Shown here: piece by piece, positions 8,454-20,100 of the stretch
How positions within the stretch are numbered: position 1 is the first letter of the stretch
Layout: each line of letters starts with the position of its first letter
Assembly: GCF_000283555.1 (NCBI RefSeq)
Contig: NC_016012.1
Span: 900,001 to 932,000 of the forward strand
Length of the DNA stretch: 32,000 bases
From: Candidatus Arthromitus sp. SFB-rat-Yit
Lineage (GTDB): Bacteria > Bacillota > Clostridia > Clostridiales > Clostridiaceae
Direction of reading: 5' to 3'
Made by a program: the position numbers and the translations under genes
Notes under the pieces: model-generated
Told to the model about the DNA's origin: nothing
Database searches by the model: none
Seen by the model: the letters and a program-made list of their open reading frames with translations, nothing else

Positions 8454-9608
8454 TTAAAATGAGAAAAATTTCTTAAAACCCTTCTTCTTATTCTCTTGTT
8501 TCTTCTCAGAAAAATACTCTTTATTCCCTGCATAAGTTTCCTTAAGCATTTCAACTGCTTGTCGTTGACTCTCGTTATGAATACTAGGTATATCTACTAT
8601 TATATTAACATGATGTTCTCCTCTAAAGTTTGAATTAACCTTATGAACACCCTTACCTTTTAAAACTTGAACAGTCCCTGACTGAGTTCCTTCCTTAATA
8701 TTAATCTTATATTCACCATCTAGTGTTTCAATAACACTCTCACCACCAAGTATAGCAAGCCAAATAGGTATATGATGATCAGTAAAAACATCATTTCCCT
8801 TACGTTTAAACTTATTGCTATTCATTACATTTATCGTAATATATAAATCTCCAGAAGGTGCTCCAAGATCTCCTACTTCTCCCTCACCTCTCATAGAAAT
8901 TACTTGACCAGTATCGATTCCCCTGGGTATATCAATAGTTATCTTTTTCTCAGCATTAACTTTTCCATTACCTCTACAATTAACGCACGGATTCAAATTT
9001 ATCTTACCCGCACCAGAACATTTTGAACAAGTAGTCATAGATACCATACTTCCAAATGGAGTATTCCTTTGAACTTTTATTTGTCCACTTCCATGACACT
9101 TATCACATGTAGTTTTATCAGTTCCTGCCTTACTTCCTGTTCCGGAACACACACCACATCTATCTTTACGCTTTATAAATATATCTTTAGTGCATCCAAA
9201 AACCGCTTCATCAAAAGTTAATGTTAATCTATATTCTAAGTCTTCTCCAGGCTTAGGCCCCCTCTTAGTTTTGCCTCCACCAAATCCTCCAGTGAAAAAA
9301 CTAGAGAATATATCTCCTAAATCAAAATCCATATCAAATCCTTCGAATCCACCACTTGAAGAAGATCCATAGCTAGCTCCTTTTGTATAGGCATCATGTC
9401 CTACCCTATCATAACTAGCTCTTTTATTGGCATCACTTAAAACTTGATATGCTTCATTTATTTCTTTAAATTTCTTTTCGGCTTCAGCATTACCCTTATT
9501 TCTATCTGGATGATACTTTATGGCTTGCTTTTTAAAAGCACTCTTTATTTCTGAATCTGAAGCATTACTATTAACTCCTAAAATTTCATAGTAATTCTTA
9601 TTAGACAT
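8454..9608 (-). CDS. dnaJ: Chaperone protein DnaJ
   Basis: J domain with HPDRN, Gly/Phe linker, and four CxxCxGxG-type zinc motifs ([32 protein letters not shown]). Confidence 0.97.
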   Translation of the reverse strand: MSNKNYYEILGVNSNASDSEIKSAFKKQAIKYHPDRNKGNAEAEKKFKEINEAYQVLSDANKRASYDRVGHDAYTKGASYGSSSSGGFEGFDMDFDLGDIFSSFFTGGFGGGKTKRGPKPGEDLEYRLTLTFDEAVFGCTKDIFIKRKDRCGVCSGTGSKAGTDKTTCDKCHGSGQIKVQRNTPFGSMVSMTTCSKCSGAGKINLNPCVNCRGNGKVNAEKKITIDIPRGIDTGQVISMRGEGEVGDLGAPSGDLYITINVMNSNKFKRKGNDVFTDHHIPIWLAILGGESVIETLDGEYKINIKEGTQSGTVQVLKGKGVHKVNSNFRGEHHVNIIVDIPSIHNESQRQAVEMLKETYAGNKEYFSEKKQENKKKGFKKFFSF

Positions 9609-9656
9609 AAATCACCTCAATTTATTGACCAAAATTATAACAACAAAATATAATTA

Positions 9657-11477
9657 TTAATTATTATCTTCTACCTTATAGTCTTTAGCTTCATATGTTT
9701 GTTGATTTTCAGAATTTTCTGTTCCTGCAGCATTTGGATCTTGCTGATACATTTTACTTGATAACGCATAAAATGCCTGAGTTAATTCTTCCTGATTCTT
9801 TTTAATCAATTCTAAATCTTCGCCTTTTAAAGCATCTTTCAATAAATTTAATTTTGATTCTATATCTGTCTTTTCTTCATCGCTTATTTTTTCACTTAAT
9901 TCTTTTAATGAATTTTCAATCTGATAAACAGAACTTTCAGCGTTATTCCTAACTTCTATTGATTCCTTACGTTTTTTATCTTCTTCAGCATACTTTTCTG
10001 CTTCTTTAACTGCTTTATCAATTTCATCATCACTTAAGTTAGTAGTAGCAGTTATTGTTATATCTGCTTTCTTACCTGACGCTTTATCCATAGCACTTAC
10101 TTTAACGATACCATTTGCATCAATATCATAAGTAACTTCTATTTGTGGAACCCCTCTTGGTGCTGGTGGTATTCCAGCTAGAGTAAACCTTCCTAAGGTT
10201 TTATTATCTGCAGCCATCTGTCTTTCACCTTGAACAATGTGTATTTCAACTGATGTTTGATTATCTGCAGCAGTAGAGAAAACCTGACTCTTTGTTATAG
10301 GTATCGTAGTATTCCTTTCAATAATAACTGTAGACACTCCTCCTAAAGTCTCAATTCCCAAACTAAGAGGTGTAACATCTAATAATAACAAATTAGAATT
10401 CTCATAATCACCAGCTAATATTCCCCCTTGTATAGCTGCTCCAACAGCTACACATTCGTCAGGATTAACCCCTTTTGACGGTTCTTTACCTGTAAAATTT
10501 TTTACGGCATCTTGTATAGCTGGAATTCTAGTAGATCCTCCAACTAAAACAACCTTATTTATATCACTAATTTGTAATCCAGCATCTTGTAATGCTTTCT
10601 TCATTGGCTCTAAAGTTCTATTTACAAGATCTAAAGTTATTTCATTAAATTTAGATCTTGATAATTGTAAATCAATATGTTTAGGTCCTGAAGAATCAGC
10701 TGTTATAAATGGTAAATTTATATTAGTTTGTTGCGAAGATGAAAGCTCAATCTTTGCTTTTTCAGCAGCCTCTTTTAATCTTTGAAGTGCCATTTTATCA
10801 TTTCTTAGATCTATACCATTATTAGACTTAAAATCTTCTGCTATAAAATCCATTATTTTTTGGTCGAAATCATCACCACCTAAAAATGTATCTCCATTAG
10901 TTGCAAGGACTTCGAATACTCCATCACCTAACTCTAATATAGATACATCAAATGTACCTCCACCTAAATCATATACCAATATTTTTTCTTGAGTTGAAGT
11001 TTTATCAATACCATAAGCAAGAGAAGCTGCAGTTGGTTCATTTATAATACGCAACACTTCTAAACCAGCTATTTTACCAGCATCCTTTGTTGCCTGTCTT
11101 TGACTATCATTAAAATAAGCTGGAACCGTTATAACTGCTTGAGTAACTTTTTCACCTAAATATGCTTCAGCATCTAATTTAATTTTTTGGAGAATCATTG
11201 AAGATATTTCCTGTGGTGAATATTTCTTACCATCTATATCAACTTTATAATCTGTCCCCATATGCCTTTTAATAGATATAATTGTTTTATCAGGATTTGT
11301 AATTGCTTGTCGTTTAGCAACCTGACCTACTAATCTTTCTCCTCCATTTTGAAATGAAACTACTGATGGTGTAGTTCTACCTCCTTCAGAGTTAGGAATT
11401 ACAACTGGTTCTCCACCTTCCATTACGGCAACACATGAATTAGTTGTTCCTAAATCAATACCTATAACCTTTCCCAT
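9657..11477 (-). CDS. dnaK: Chaperone protein DnaK (Hsp70)
   Basis: [47 protein letters not shown]. Confidence 0.99.
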   Translation of the reverse strand: MGKVIGIDLGTTNSCVAVMEGGEPVVIPNSEGGRTTPSVVSFQNGGERLVGQVAKRQAITNPDKTIISIKRHMGTDYKVDIDGKKYSPQEISSMILQKIKLDAEAYLGEKVTQAVITVPAYFNDSQRQATKDAGKIAGLEVLRIINEPTAASLAYGIDKTSTQEKILVYDLGGGTFDVSILELGDGVFEVLATNGDTFLGGDDFDQKIMDFIAEDFKSNNGIDLRNDKMALQRLKEAAEKAKIELSSSQQTNINLPFITADSSGPKHIDLQLSRSKFNEITLDLVNRTLEPMKKALQDAGLQISDINKVVLVGGSTRIPAIQDAVKNFTGKEPSKGVNPDECVAVGAAIQGGILAGDYENSNLLLLDVTPLSLGIETLGGVSTVIIERNTTIPITKSQVFSTAADNQTSVEIHIVQGERQMAADNKTLGRFTLAGIPPAPRGVPQIEVTYDIDANGIVKVSAMDKASGKKADITITATTNLSDDEIDKAVKEAEKYAEEDKKRKESIEVRNNAESSVYQIENSLKELSEKISDEEKTDIESKLNLLKDALKGEDLELIKKNQEELTQAFYALSSKMYQQDPNAAGTENSENQQTYEAKDYKVEDNN

Positions 11478-11511
11478 AATAAACCTCCAAATTAAATTTA
11501 TTTTTTATTTG

Positions 11512-12090
11512 TTAATTGGCAACTTTAACCATACTATGTCTTATAATTTTATCATTTATCATATATCCTTTTTGCAATACTTCTACTATAGTATTTTTTT
11601 CTAAATTTTCATCATTTACATGAATCACAGCTTCATGAATATTTGGATCAAATCCAGATTCACAACTTATTTCTTTAACATTCATCTTATCTAAAACATT
11701 GTTAAATAATTTAATTACCATACTAATTCCTTGTTTAAATGAATCCATATCATAACTGGAAGAATTGGCTCTTTCCAAATTATCTAATATAGGTAAAACC
11801 TCAAATATTACATCTGCACAAGAATTATTATATATTTCACTCTTTTCTCTTACACTTCTCTTTCTAAAATTATCATACTCTGCACTAATTCTCAACATCT
11901 TATCTTTTAAAGAATCTATCTGTGATTTCAACTCTTCATTTTCTTTTTCTAATTCTTGAATTTTATCTACAATATTGTTCTGAGATTCGTCCTCTAAATT
12001 TTGTTTTAAATCTTCTTCTACATTCTTTTCTTCTACATTTTCTTCAGAAGTTACATTATTTTCATCCGTCATGTTTAATAACACCTCCAT
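11512..12090 (-). CDS. grpE: Nucleotide exchange factor GrpE
   Basis: EYDNFRKRSVREK, VLPILDNLERA, C-terminal VLQKGYMINDKIIRHSMVKVA. Located between hrcA and dnaK. Confidence 0.97.
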   Translation of the reverse strand: MEVLLNMTDENNVTSEENVEEKNVEEDLKQNLEDESQNNIVDKIQELEKENEELKSQIDSLKDKMLRISAEYDNFRKRSVREKSEIYNNSCADVIFEVLPILDNLERANSSSYDMDSFKQGISMVIKLFNNVLDKMNVKEISCESGFDPNIHEAVIHVNDENLEKNTIVEVLQKGYMINDKIIRHSMVKVAN

Positions 12091-12102
12091 AATATTAGAT
12101 TT

Positions 12103-13119
12103 TTAATCAATATTCCTATTTATAAAATCTATTAAAAATTTAGTTATTGTCACTATCTTAGCATAATCCATTCTGGTAAGTCCTATTATGCCTATAGTTC
12201 CTAATATTTTCCCATTCCTTACACAATTACCTAAAACAACACTATAATTTTTAGCCTCTTCTACACTATTTTCTTCTCCAATCTTAATCTGAATATTATC
12301 AATACAATCACAGCTAAGTAAATCATTAAATCTATTAATATTATTGAAAAAAAACACTAAATCCTTAACTTTATCAATACTATTAAATTCTGGATAACTT
12401 AAAACATTGTCAATACCTTCAAAATAATAACTTGCCTCTGTATCATGCATAAATAAATTGTGTAAAATCATTCTTAATTGATCGAATATATTTCTATCTA
12501 AATTCAGACATTTTATAGACTCATACACCAATTCAAAATCAATATCTTCAAATTTATACGAAATACAATGATCATTAATTATTTTATTAATCAAAGTAAT
12601 AGTTTCATAATCCATAGGTCTATTTAATTTAATGATATTACTTTTTATAATACCTTCATTGGTTATAATAACAGTCAATAAATTGTAGGTATTTATTTTT
12701 ATAAATTCAATTGATTTTATAGAATTTTCAATTACTGGTGGTATTTTTAATACACAAGCCAAATTTGTCAATCTAGAAATGAGAGATAATTTAGATTTTA
12801 AAACATTTTCAAGATCAAATAAATCTAAATTTAATAAATTATCTTCAATATACTTTTTTTCCTCATTGGTAATTTTTTTGGGTTTCATTAATTTATCTAC
12901 ATATAATCTATATCCTTTATTTGATGGTTTCCTACCAGAAGAAACATGAACTTGTTCTAAAAATCCCAATTCTTCTAAGTCAGACATTTCATTTCTAATT
13001 GTTGCTGAACTTATTCCTAAATCGTATTTCTTTAGTAACGTTCTGGATCCTACTGGCTCACCTGTACATATAAAATCCTGGATTATCGAATATAGTATTT
13101 TGGTTTTTCTCTCATTCAT
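12103..13119 (-). CDS. hrcA: Heat-inducible transcription repressor HrcA
   Basis: FICTGEPVGSRTLLKKYDLGISSATIRNEMSDLEELGFLEQVHVSSGRKPSNKGYRLYVD. CIRCE immediately upstream. Confidence 0.97.
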   Translation of the reverse strand: MNERKTKILYSIIQDFICTGEPVGSRTLLKKYDLGISSATIRNEMSDLEELGFLEQVHVSSGRKPSNKGYRLYVDKLMKPKKITNEEKKYIEDNLLNLDLFDLENVLKSKLSLISRLTNLACVLKIPPVIENSIKSIEFIKINTYNLLTVIITNEGIIKSNIIKLNRPMDYETITLINKIINDHCISYKFEDIDFELVYESIKCLNLDRNIFDQLRMILHNLFMHDTEASYYFEGIDNVLSYPEFNSIDKVKDLVFFFNNINRFNDLLSCDCIDNIQIKIGEENSVEEAKNYSVVLGNCVRNGKILGTIGIIGLTRMDYAKIVTITKFLIDFINRNID

Positions 13120-13138
13120 AATAATTAACCTCTCTTTA

Positions 13139-13165
13139 TTAGCACTCTATTTATTAAAGTGCTAA
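13139..13165 (-). promoter_or_regulatory. CIRCE operator (HrcA binding site)
   Basis: Plus strand TTAGCACTC-N9-AAGTGCTAA. One mismatch to canonical TTAGCACTC-N9-GAGTGCTAA. About 20 bp upstream of the hrcA start. Confidence 0.95.
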
Positions 13166-13177
13166 TGGCTTGAAAAT

Positions 13178-13206
13178 AAAATAACATTTTAAAATCAATT
13201 TGTCAA
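13178..13206 (-). promoter_or_regulatory. SigA-type promoter of hrcA-grpE-dnaK-dnaJ
   Basis: Minus strand TTGACA (13206-13201), 17-nt spacer, TATTTT (13183-13178). CIRCE lies directly downstream. Confidence 0.8.
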
Positions 13207-13214
13207 TTTTTTTA

Positions 13215-14345
13215 TTATAATTTATTTTGTATAAAATCTTTTAAAATTAAATTCATTAACATCAACCCATCATTTGTTATAAAAATCCTGCCATCCTTCA
13301 CATTTATTAATCCATTTTTTTTATATTTTTCAATGACTTTTTCAAATCTAGAAACAAAATCTATATTAAATCTACTATAAAAATCCTCTATTGATATACC
13401 TCTTATTTTCCTTAGACCTACCATTATATATTCTTCAATATTATCAATAAAAGAATTATCATGAATATTTTTATAAATAATTTTATTATCTTGTTTAAGT
13501 GCTCTTATATATTTATTCAAATCTTTTATATTTTCAATTCGCTTATTTTTGTAAAAGGAATGAGATGAAACACCTATACCTATGTAATCATCAAAATTCC
13601 AATATATTAAATTATGTAAACAAGGTTTGTTATTTCTACAATAGTTTGAAATCTCATAATGTTCAAATCCATTTGATTCCAAAAAATATTTGGTGTAATT
13701 ATACATATCTATTTGAATATTTTCATCCAATTCAGTAAACTCACCTTTTTTATACATATTATAAAATTTGGTATTATTTTCTAATATTAAATTGTAAGCA
13801 GAAATATGGGATAAATCATATTCTACTAACTTTTGTAATGTAACTTTATAAACATCTAAATTTTCATTAGGTATCCCATATATAATATCTGCATTTATAT
13901 TTTTAAAACCAATATTTTGTGCATAATTTATACTTTTTTCAAAATCATCAAACGAATGAGTTCTACCAATAAAATTTAAAGTAGATGAATTTGCACTCTG
14001 TAATCCTATACTAAGTCTATTTACTCCATAATATTTCATAATATTGAGTTTATTATATGTTAATGTTCCAGGGTTACATTCAATTGTAAATTCCAGAACC
14101 TTCGTTAAGTCACATATGCTACTTATACCTTTTAATAATATTTCTAACTGTTTATCATTAAGATAGCTTGGAGTTCCTCCACCAATAAATATGGTGTCGA
14201 ATTTTTCATGTTTATATAAATCTAGCTCTAACAATAGTGCATCTATATAATCATTAATTAAATATTCATTTTTAATATAAGATGTAAAATCACAATAATA
14301 ACATTTACTAGCACAAAAAGGTATATGGATATAAAGACCAATCAT
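13215..14345 (-). CDS. hemW: Radical SAM heme chaperone HemW (coproporphyrinogen III oxidase-like)
   Basis: MIGLYIHIPFCASKCYYCDF, IFIGGGTPSYL, NADIIYGIPNE. Adjacent to lepA as in other Firmicutes. Confidence 0.95.
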   Translation of the reverse strand: MIGLYIHIPFCASKCYYCDFTSYIKNEYLINDYIDALLLELDLYKHEKFDTIFIGGGTPSYLNDKQLEILLKGISSICDLTKVLEFTIECNPGTLTYNKLNIMKYYGVNRLSIGLQSANSSTLNFIGRTHSFDDFEKSINYAQNIGFKNINADIIYGIPNENLDVYKVTLQKLVEYDLSHISAYNLILENNTKFYNMYKKGEFTELDENIQIDMYNYTKYFLESNGFEHYEISNYCRNNKPCLHNLIYWNFDDYIGIGVSSHSFYKNKRIENIKDLNKYIRALKQDNKIIYKNIHDNSFIDNIEEYIMVGLRKIRGISIEDFYSRFNIDFVSRFEKVIEKYKKNGLINVKDGRIFITNDGLMLMNLILKDFIQNKL

Positions 14346-14346
14346 A

Positions 14347-16155
14347 CTAATCTACCTTTAAAACAGATATAAATGCTTCTTGTGGTATTTCAACTGCCCC
14401 CACTTGCCGCATCCTCTTTTTACCTTCTTTTTGCTTTTCAAGTAACTTCTTCTTTCTAGTTATGTCCCCACCATAACACTTAGATAATACATCTTTTCTA
14501 ACTGCCTTAACTGTTTCTCTTGCAATTATTTTAGCTCCAATAGCTGCCTGTATAGGTATTTCAAACAATTGCCTAGGTATGATAGTTTTTAATTTATCCA
14601 CAATCGCTTTACCTCTTTGATATGCTTTCTCCTGTGGAACTATCATAGATAAGGCATCAACTGCATTTCCATTTAATAAAATATCTAATTTAACCAACTT
14701 AGTTTTTTGATATCCACTTAATTCGTAATCAAATGAGGCATATCCTTTGGTTTTAGATTTTAAGGTATCAAAAAAATCGTAAATTATTTCATTTAATGGT
14801 ATTACGTACTTTAAAATTACTCTCGATGTATCTAAATACTGCATATCAATAAAATTAGCACGTCTTCCTTGACATAATTCCATAACCCCTCCAACAAACT
14901 CTGAAGGTGTTATTATAGTAGCATTAACCACAGGTTCTTCTGTAGATTCAATTTCTGTAGTTTTAGGCATATTATATGGATTTGTAATCTCAATAACACC
15001 GCCTGAGGTCTTATTAACTTTATAAATAACAGACGGAGCTGTTATTATTATGTCTAAATTAAATTCACGTTCCAATCTTTCTTGTATTATTTCCATATGT
15101 AATAAACCTAAAAATCCACATCTAAATCCAAAGCCCAATGCCAACGATGTTTCGGGTTCAAAGATCAATGCCGCATCATTTAATTGCAATTTCTCTAAAG
15201 CTTCTTTGAGTTCATCATACTTATCTCCAACTATAGGATATATACCACTAAAAACTGTAGGTATTGCAGATTTATATCCCTCCAATGGCTCACTAGCTGG
15301 ATTTTTAATTGACGTTATAGTATCTCCAACTCTAGCATCTTTTACATTTTTTATAGCTGCTGCTACATATCCAACTTCTCCAGCTTGCAAAATATTTACT
15401 GACTTATAACTCGGTGTAAAAACGCCTACCTCTGTAACCTCATATTCTTTATTAGAAAACATGAATTTAATCTTCATTTGAGGTTTTATGTATCCTTCTT
15501 TCACTCTTATATAACAAATTACACCTCTATATGAATCGTATACAGAGTCAAAAACAAGTGCTTTTAATGGATTATTCACATCCCCTTTAGGTTTAGGTAT
15601 TTTTCTAACTATAGCCTCTAAAACATCACCTATATTCAATCCTGTTTTAGCAGATATAGCAGGAGCATCTTGTGCTTCTATTCCTATAATATCCTCTATT
15701 TCTTCTCTTACTTCTTCAGTTCTCTGACTGGGTAAATCAACTTTATTTAAAACCGGCACAACTTCAAGTCCCGAATCAGATGCTAAATAACAGTTTGCCA
15801 GAGTTTGTGCTTGAATTCCTTGACTAGCATCAATAACAAGTATAGCACCTTCACAAGCAGCTAAACTTCTAGAAACTTCATAATTGAAATCAACATGCCC
15901 AGGGGTATCTATTAAATTTAATATATATTCTTCATTATCAATAGGACTAGTGTATATAAGCCTCACAGCTTGAGATTTAATTGTTATACCTCTTTCTTTT
16001 TCTAATTCCATATTATCCAATACTTGAGATTCCATCTCCCTTTTAGTCAAAGTACCAGTAATCTCTATTAGTCTATCTGCTAAAGTCGATTTGCCATGAT
16101 CTATATGTGCTATAATACAAAAATTACGTATATTATCTTGTTTTTTATTGTTCAT
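14347..16155 (-). CDS. lepA: Elongation factor 4 (LepA)
   Basis: [44 protein letters not shown]-terminal [32 protein letters not shown]. Confidence 0.98.
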   Translation of the reverse strand: MNNKKQDNIRNFCIIAHIDHGKSTLADRLIEITGTLTKREMESQVLDNMELEKERGITIKSQAVRLIYTSPIDNEEYILNLIDTPGHVDFNYEVSRSLAACEGAILVIDASQGIQAQTLANCYLASDSGLEVVPVLNKVDLPSQRTEEVREEIEDIIGIEAQDAPAISAKTGLNIGDVLEAIVRKIPKPKGDVNNPLKALVFDSVYDSYRGVICYIRVKEGYIKPQMKIKFMFSNKEYEVTEVGVFTPSYKSVNILQAGEVGYVAAAIKNVKDARVGDTITSIKNPASEPLEGYKSAIPTVFSGIYPIVGDKYDELKEALEKLQLNDAALIFEPETSLALGFGFRCGFLGLLHMEIIQERLEREFNLDIIITAPSVIYKVNKTSGGVIEITNPYNMPKTTEIESTEEPVVNATIITPSEFVGGVMELCQGRRANFIDMQYLDTSRVILKYVIPLNEIIYDFFDTLKSKTKGYASFDYELSGYQKTKLVKLDILLNGNAVDALSMIVPQEKAYQRGKAIVDKLKTIIPRQLFEIPIQAAIGAKIIARETVKAVRKDVLSKCYGGDITRKKKLLEKQKEGKKRMRQVGAVEIPQEAFISVLKVD

Positions 16156-16247
16156 CCAAAAATCACCTACAAATTAATTAAATATACATTAATATAGATT
16201 ATAAAATATAATTTTAAAAATTAATACTACCTAATTTTGTGCATTGT

Positions 16248-16529
16248 TCATCTTTTCCATGGAAATTTTATACTGAAAATCTTATTTTCTCCATTAATTC
16301 TTAAAATCACATCGTATCCATAGCTTTCTTTATAAATACTTATCAATGTTTTATCATCAAAAGTTGATATGCTTAAATCATTATTGCTATTATCTTGAAC
16401 TTCTCTAACGTTATTTACAATTCCTGTAGACGAGTATACAACATTGATTTTTACAAAACCCACAGTAAAAACACATATAAACAACAAAATTCCAAAAATA
16501 TATTTAAATTTTTTTTCCTTAAAAAACAA
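16248..16529 (-). CDS. Small hypothetical protein with N-terminal TM/signal segment
   Basis: 93 aa. MFFKEKKFKYIFGILLFICVFTVGFVKI hydrophobic N-terminus. Located between lepA and spoIIP in the same orientation. No family recognised. Confidence 0.6.
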   Translation of the reverse strand: MFFKEKKFKYIFGILLFICVFTVGFVKINVVYSSTGIVNNVREVQDNSNNDLSISTFDDKTLISIYKESYGYDVILRINGENKIFSIKFPWKR

Positions 16530-16599
16530 AATAACACCACCTAAATAGTTTTATTTAAATGATGTCATTTTTTATATTTCTTATTCCATTTTTTTACAA

Positions 16600-17598
16600 T
16601 TATTGTGCTAAATATTCTCCTATAACATTTGAGAGTAATTTTGCTGAATTTATAGCTTCTTCCATGGTATTAAGTTGAGCGCCCATCTCAATCAAGGCTA
16701 ACTTAGAAGACTTGGTTTGATTAAATGCGTTACTTCCACTTTCATAATGAAAAACGCTCCTTGCAAACCCTGGATATAAATCATTTGCTAAACTTGTTAA
16801 ATCCATAGCAAGTTCCTCATTGTCTAAATAATTAGGATTGTTATGAGCAACAACAAACATTATTTTTGCAACATTTTTTCCTTCTATATTTGCAGTAACT
16901 AGATTTTTATTTTCTAAAGAATCTCTATGCAAGTCCAATATCAAATCAAAATCCTCAATCTCAGATAAATATTTATCTAATGTTTCTGCTGATCTCTTAT
17001 AACTTTCTAAATAACTCGTGTTATGTATAGTTTTGTCATGTATAACTTTAATATTATAATTTTTCTCTAATTCAGTTTTAAGAACATCTCCTACACCTAC
17101 AATATTATATTGTTCATAAAATGAATCATTTTGAGCTGGTTTAAATGCTTCTGTTGTATGTGTATGATATATAAGTATTCTCTTCTGAGTATTGTTTAAG
17201 TTAACAATCCCATTTGTAGTTTTATCATCCGAATTTAAGTTTTGAGATGAATTATTGTACATATTAGATGATAATTCCATTTCATTAATATCAGATGATT
17301 TTAAAATATTTATCTCTTTTTCAATTATAGAAATTGGATTCATTAAATCAATTCCTAAAATATTTTTTATGTCTCTAATAAAGGCTTCCTTAGAATTTTC
17401 AAAATATTCACCATCCACAAAAGCCATATAATTATTTTTTAGTATCGAGCTATAAGCATAATTAAAATTTCCCGATATATTGAAATATGTTATGTAGGTT
17501 TTCAATATTATCCACAAAATAATAATAGAAACTACAGTAACAATTCCTATTATTTTAAAATCTCTTAAGTTAATCTTATATTTTTTCGTCAATTGCAT
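16600..17598 (-). CDS. spoIIP: Stage II sporulation protein P
   Basis: RILIYHTHTTEAF, DLILDLHRD, RSVFHYESGSNAFNQTKSSKLALIEMGAQLNTMEEA. N-terminal TM segment. Neighbour of gpr. Confidence 0.93.
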   Translation of the reverse strand: MQLTKKYKINLRDFKIIGIVTVVSIIILWIILKTYITYFNISGNFNYAYSSILKNNYMAFVDGEYFENSKEAFIRDIKNILGIDLMNPISIIEKEINILKSSDINEMELSSNMYNNSSQNLNSDDKTTNGIVNLNNTQKRILIYHTHTTEAFKPAQNDSFYEQYNIVGVGDVLKTELEKNYNIKVIHDKTIHNTSYLESYKRSAETLDKYLSEIEDFDLILDLHRDSLENKNLVTANIEGKNVAKIMFVVAHNNPNYLDNEELAMDLTSLANDLYPGFARSVFHYESGSNAFNQTKSSKLALIEMGAQLNTMEEAINSAKLLSNVIGEYLAQ

Positions 17599-17665
17599 CT
17601 AATTAACCCTCCCATATAAAAAATATATGAAAGGGATAATATTTTATTATATTTTTTCTATTTTT

Positions 17666-18619
17666 TTATTTTAAATCTATAAATTTATTTAACTTGTCCA
17701 TATCTAAATTAGGATGTAGTGCAATATTTATACCCATTGCAATCATCTTGGACATTGATTCTATTACTGAATCTACATCTTTAGGTGCAACTATCATCTC
17801 ACCCATAGATATAGACAATGTTTTACGTATCATATCCATCCTTTGTCTTTCTCCCAATAAATTTTTTTCTATATAACTCTCATCTATATCTTTGATTATG
17901 GTATCTAAAATTAAATTAACGCTATCACTGACAATTGTGAGTGAATCAACAACTGTGGGTATACCTATTCCAATTACTGGCACACCTAACGTTTCTTCAT
18001 TAAGTGGTATTCTATGATTATTCACCCCAGCCCCAGGATTTATCCCCGTGCTTCCTACTTGTATCGTTGTATTGAGTCTAGATACTTTTCTTGCGGCTAA
18101 AGAATCAACACAAAGAACATAATCAGGTTTAATTTTATTTACAAGAGATTTTACTATTTCGCTTGTTTCTATTCCTGTAGTTCCAAGCACTCCTGGCGAA
18201 ATAGCACATACAGATGAAATATCATCTTCGATATATTTAGGCATAAATTCTTTAAGATGTCTTGTAACAAATAATTTTGATATAACTTTAGGGCCAAGAG
18301 AATCTGAAGTTACATTCCAATTTCCTAGTCCTACAACAAGAGCCGTTTTACTTGAATCCATAGTTATAAATTCTTTTAATACTCTCCCAAATATCGAGCT
18401 AATCTTGTCCATCATCTCAACATCATAATATGTTAATTTTGGTAATTCCAAAGTTGAATAGTATCCCATCTTCTTACCAAGAAGTTTTTCACCATATTTA
18501 TTTTTAACTCTTATATTAGATATTCTTATATTCGAATCTTCGATTTGTTTAAAATCTATATTTGGATTCCCTTCAAATATCTTATTAAAATCATTTTCCG
18601 ATACTCTACCTTTAACCAT
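17666..18619 (-). CDS. gpr: Germination protease GPR (SASP-degrading)
   Basis: LVVGLGNWNVTSDSLGPKV, SPGVLGTTGIET, VDSLAARKVSRLNTTIQVGSTGINPGAGVNNHR. Confidence 0.96.
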   Translation of the reverse strand: MVKGRVSENDFNKIFEGNPNIDFKQIEDSNIRISNIRVKNKYGEKLLGKKMGYYSTLELPKLTYYDVEMMDKISSIFGRVLKEFITMDSSKTALVVGLGNWNVTSDSLGPKVISKLFVTRHLKEFMPKYIEDDISSVCAISPGVLGTTGIETSEIVKSLVNKIKPDYVLCVDSLAARKVSRLNTTIQVGSTGINPGAGVNNHRIPLNEETLGVPVIGIGIPTVVDSLTIVSDSVNLILDTIIKDIDESYIEKNLLGERQRMDMIRKTLSISMGEMIVAPKDVDSVIESMSKMIAMGINIALHPNLDMDKLNKFIDLK

Positions 18620-18703
18620 AACTTGTCTCCTTATTTTGTAGACATTTTTAAAAATTACACTTATTTATTTTGTGTAGTTTTTTTTAAATTATTTAATTAT
18701 GTC

Positions 18704-18732
18704 TTGAAATTATTTTTAATTAATGTTACTAT
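18704..18732 (+). promoter_or_regulatory. SigA-type promoter of rpsT
   Basis: TTGAAA (18704-18709), 17-nt spacer, TACTAT (18727-18732), about 40 nt before the RBS/ATG. Confidence 0.65.
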
Positions 18733-18762
18733 ATTGGCATTATTGGTGTTCGATCTAAAAGG

Positions 18763-19041
18763 ATGGTGAAAAATATGGCAAATATTAAATCAGCTAAGAA
18801 GAGAATTAAAGTTACTCAAGCTAAAACTTTAAGAAATCAAATGGTTAAATCTGCATTGAAAACTGCTATTAAAAAGTTTGAAACTTGTTTAAAAGATAAT
18901 AATATAGAATCAGCAAAAACTGAATTCTCTCAAGTTACTAAAGCTTTAGATATGGCTGCTTCTAAAGGTATTTTACATAGAAATAAAGTTGCTAGAAAGA
19001 AATCTAGTTTAGCTATAAAATTAAATAAAGCTCAAGCTTAA
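18763..19041 (+). CDS. rpsT: 30S ribosomal protein S20
   Basis: [51 protein letters not shown]. Real start is most likely ATG at 18775 ([10 protein letters not shown]). Confidence 0.97.
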   Translation: MVKNMANIKSAKKRIKVTQAKTLRNQMVKSALKTAIKKFETCLKDNNIESAKTEFSQVTKALDMAASKGILHRNKVARKKSSLAIKLNKAQA

Positions 19042-19072
19042 AAAACCTAATACCAATCGGTATTAGGTTTTT
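19041..19072 (+). terminator. Bidirectional intrinsic terminator between rpsT and holA
   Basis: AAAAACCTAATACC-AATC-GGTATTAGGTTTTT: 14-bp perfect stem, 4-nt loop, A-tract one side and T-tract the other. Confidence 0.92.
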
Positions 19073-19078
19073 AATTAT

Positions 19079-20092
19079 CTACATACTACATATTGAAATA
19101 AGCAAAATTTCAAATTCTGAAAATGCATCAATATCTGTTGATGATCTAATTTTATATTCTAGATCCAAAAAATTATCGAGAACATTTATAATATTTTTCA
19201 AACTATATTGTTTTGATAACTTAATAAAATTATTTAAACTATACTTATTAATACGTGTTTTTTTAGTAATTTCATCAATATTGATCCCTTCTTCTAATAA
19301 TAACTTCACATCTAAAAATTTAGAAAATTGACTACTAATCATGCTAAATATATAATTAAAATCATTTCCGGTCAATGAAAGTTCCCTAAAGCTTGTTATA
19401 GATTTATTTAATTTTTTCTCCATAACATTATTTATAAGAACAAAAACATTATTTTCTAAACTTTTAGTAATAACATCATCTATATCTTGTTTAGTTACTT
19501 CCCTTCCTTCTACAAAAAATTTCAACTTATTAATTTCATTTTCTATATGAAAAAAATCATTTTCAACTCTAGAACAAAAATATCTAATAAGCTCTTGTTT
19601 TATATTAACCCTATTTAATAAAAACATCTTAGAAACTTCTTTGTAAAAGTCATCTCCCTTTAGCTCTTGAATATTGCAAACTTGACCAAATTTAGAAAAC
19701 GCTTTTAAATTGTCCTTATTCTTCTCCTTATTCCCAAACACATAATAAAAAACTAAAACACAATATGAAGGTAAATCGGCTAAATAATCTTTAATTTTCT
19801 GAACAAAATCCCTATTTTCATAATCACTTCTTAAAAATAGTGCGTTCTCAACTACTACCATTTTTTTATCTTGCATCATTGGAATTGTATTACAACATTC
19901 AGAAAAATAATTTATATCAAAATTATTATCAAACTTAATTTGATTATAATTAAATTGTTTAAAATCCCTCAATATCAATCTTTTCTCTATGCTTTTCAAA
20001 AAATTTTTAATAAGTTTCCCATCATAACTATAGATAAAATAACAATTTTTTATATTATCTACTTCCTTCATCAATAAATCATAATCTAACAT
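19079..20092 (-). CDS. holA: DNA polymerase III subunit delta
   Basis: 337 aa. YFIYSYDGKLIKNFLKSIEK, KMVVVENALFL, LRRD-like C-terminal collar region. Adjacent to rpsT and the comEC-like gene, as is usual. Confidence 0.85.
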   Translation of the reverse strand: MLDYDLLMKEVDNIKNCYFIYSYDGKLIKNFLKSIEKRLILRDFKQFNYNQIKFDNNFDINYFSECCNTIPMMQDKKMVVVENALFLRSDYENRDFVQKIKDYLADLPSYCVLVFYYVFGNKEKNKDNLKAFSKFGQVCNIQELKGDDFYKEVSKMFLLNRVNIKQELIRYFCSRVENDFFHIENEINKLKFFVEGREVTKQDIDDVITKSLENNVFVLINNVMEKKLNKSITSFRELSLTGNDFNYIFSMISSQFSKFLDVKLLLEEGINIDEITKKTRINKYSLNNFIKLSKQYSLKNIINVLDNFLDLEYKIRSSTDIDAFSEFEILLISICSM

Positions 20093-20100
20093 ATAACTCC

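Noticed and set aside
9190-9372. 60-aa + ORF (proline-rich)
   Set aside because: Antisense to the Gly/Phe-rich linker of dnaJ, which explains the Pro-rich composition.
15050-15409. 119-aa + ORF within lepA
   Set aside because: Antisense to lepA with no recognisable domain.
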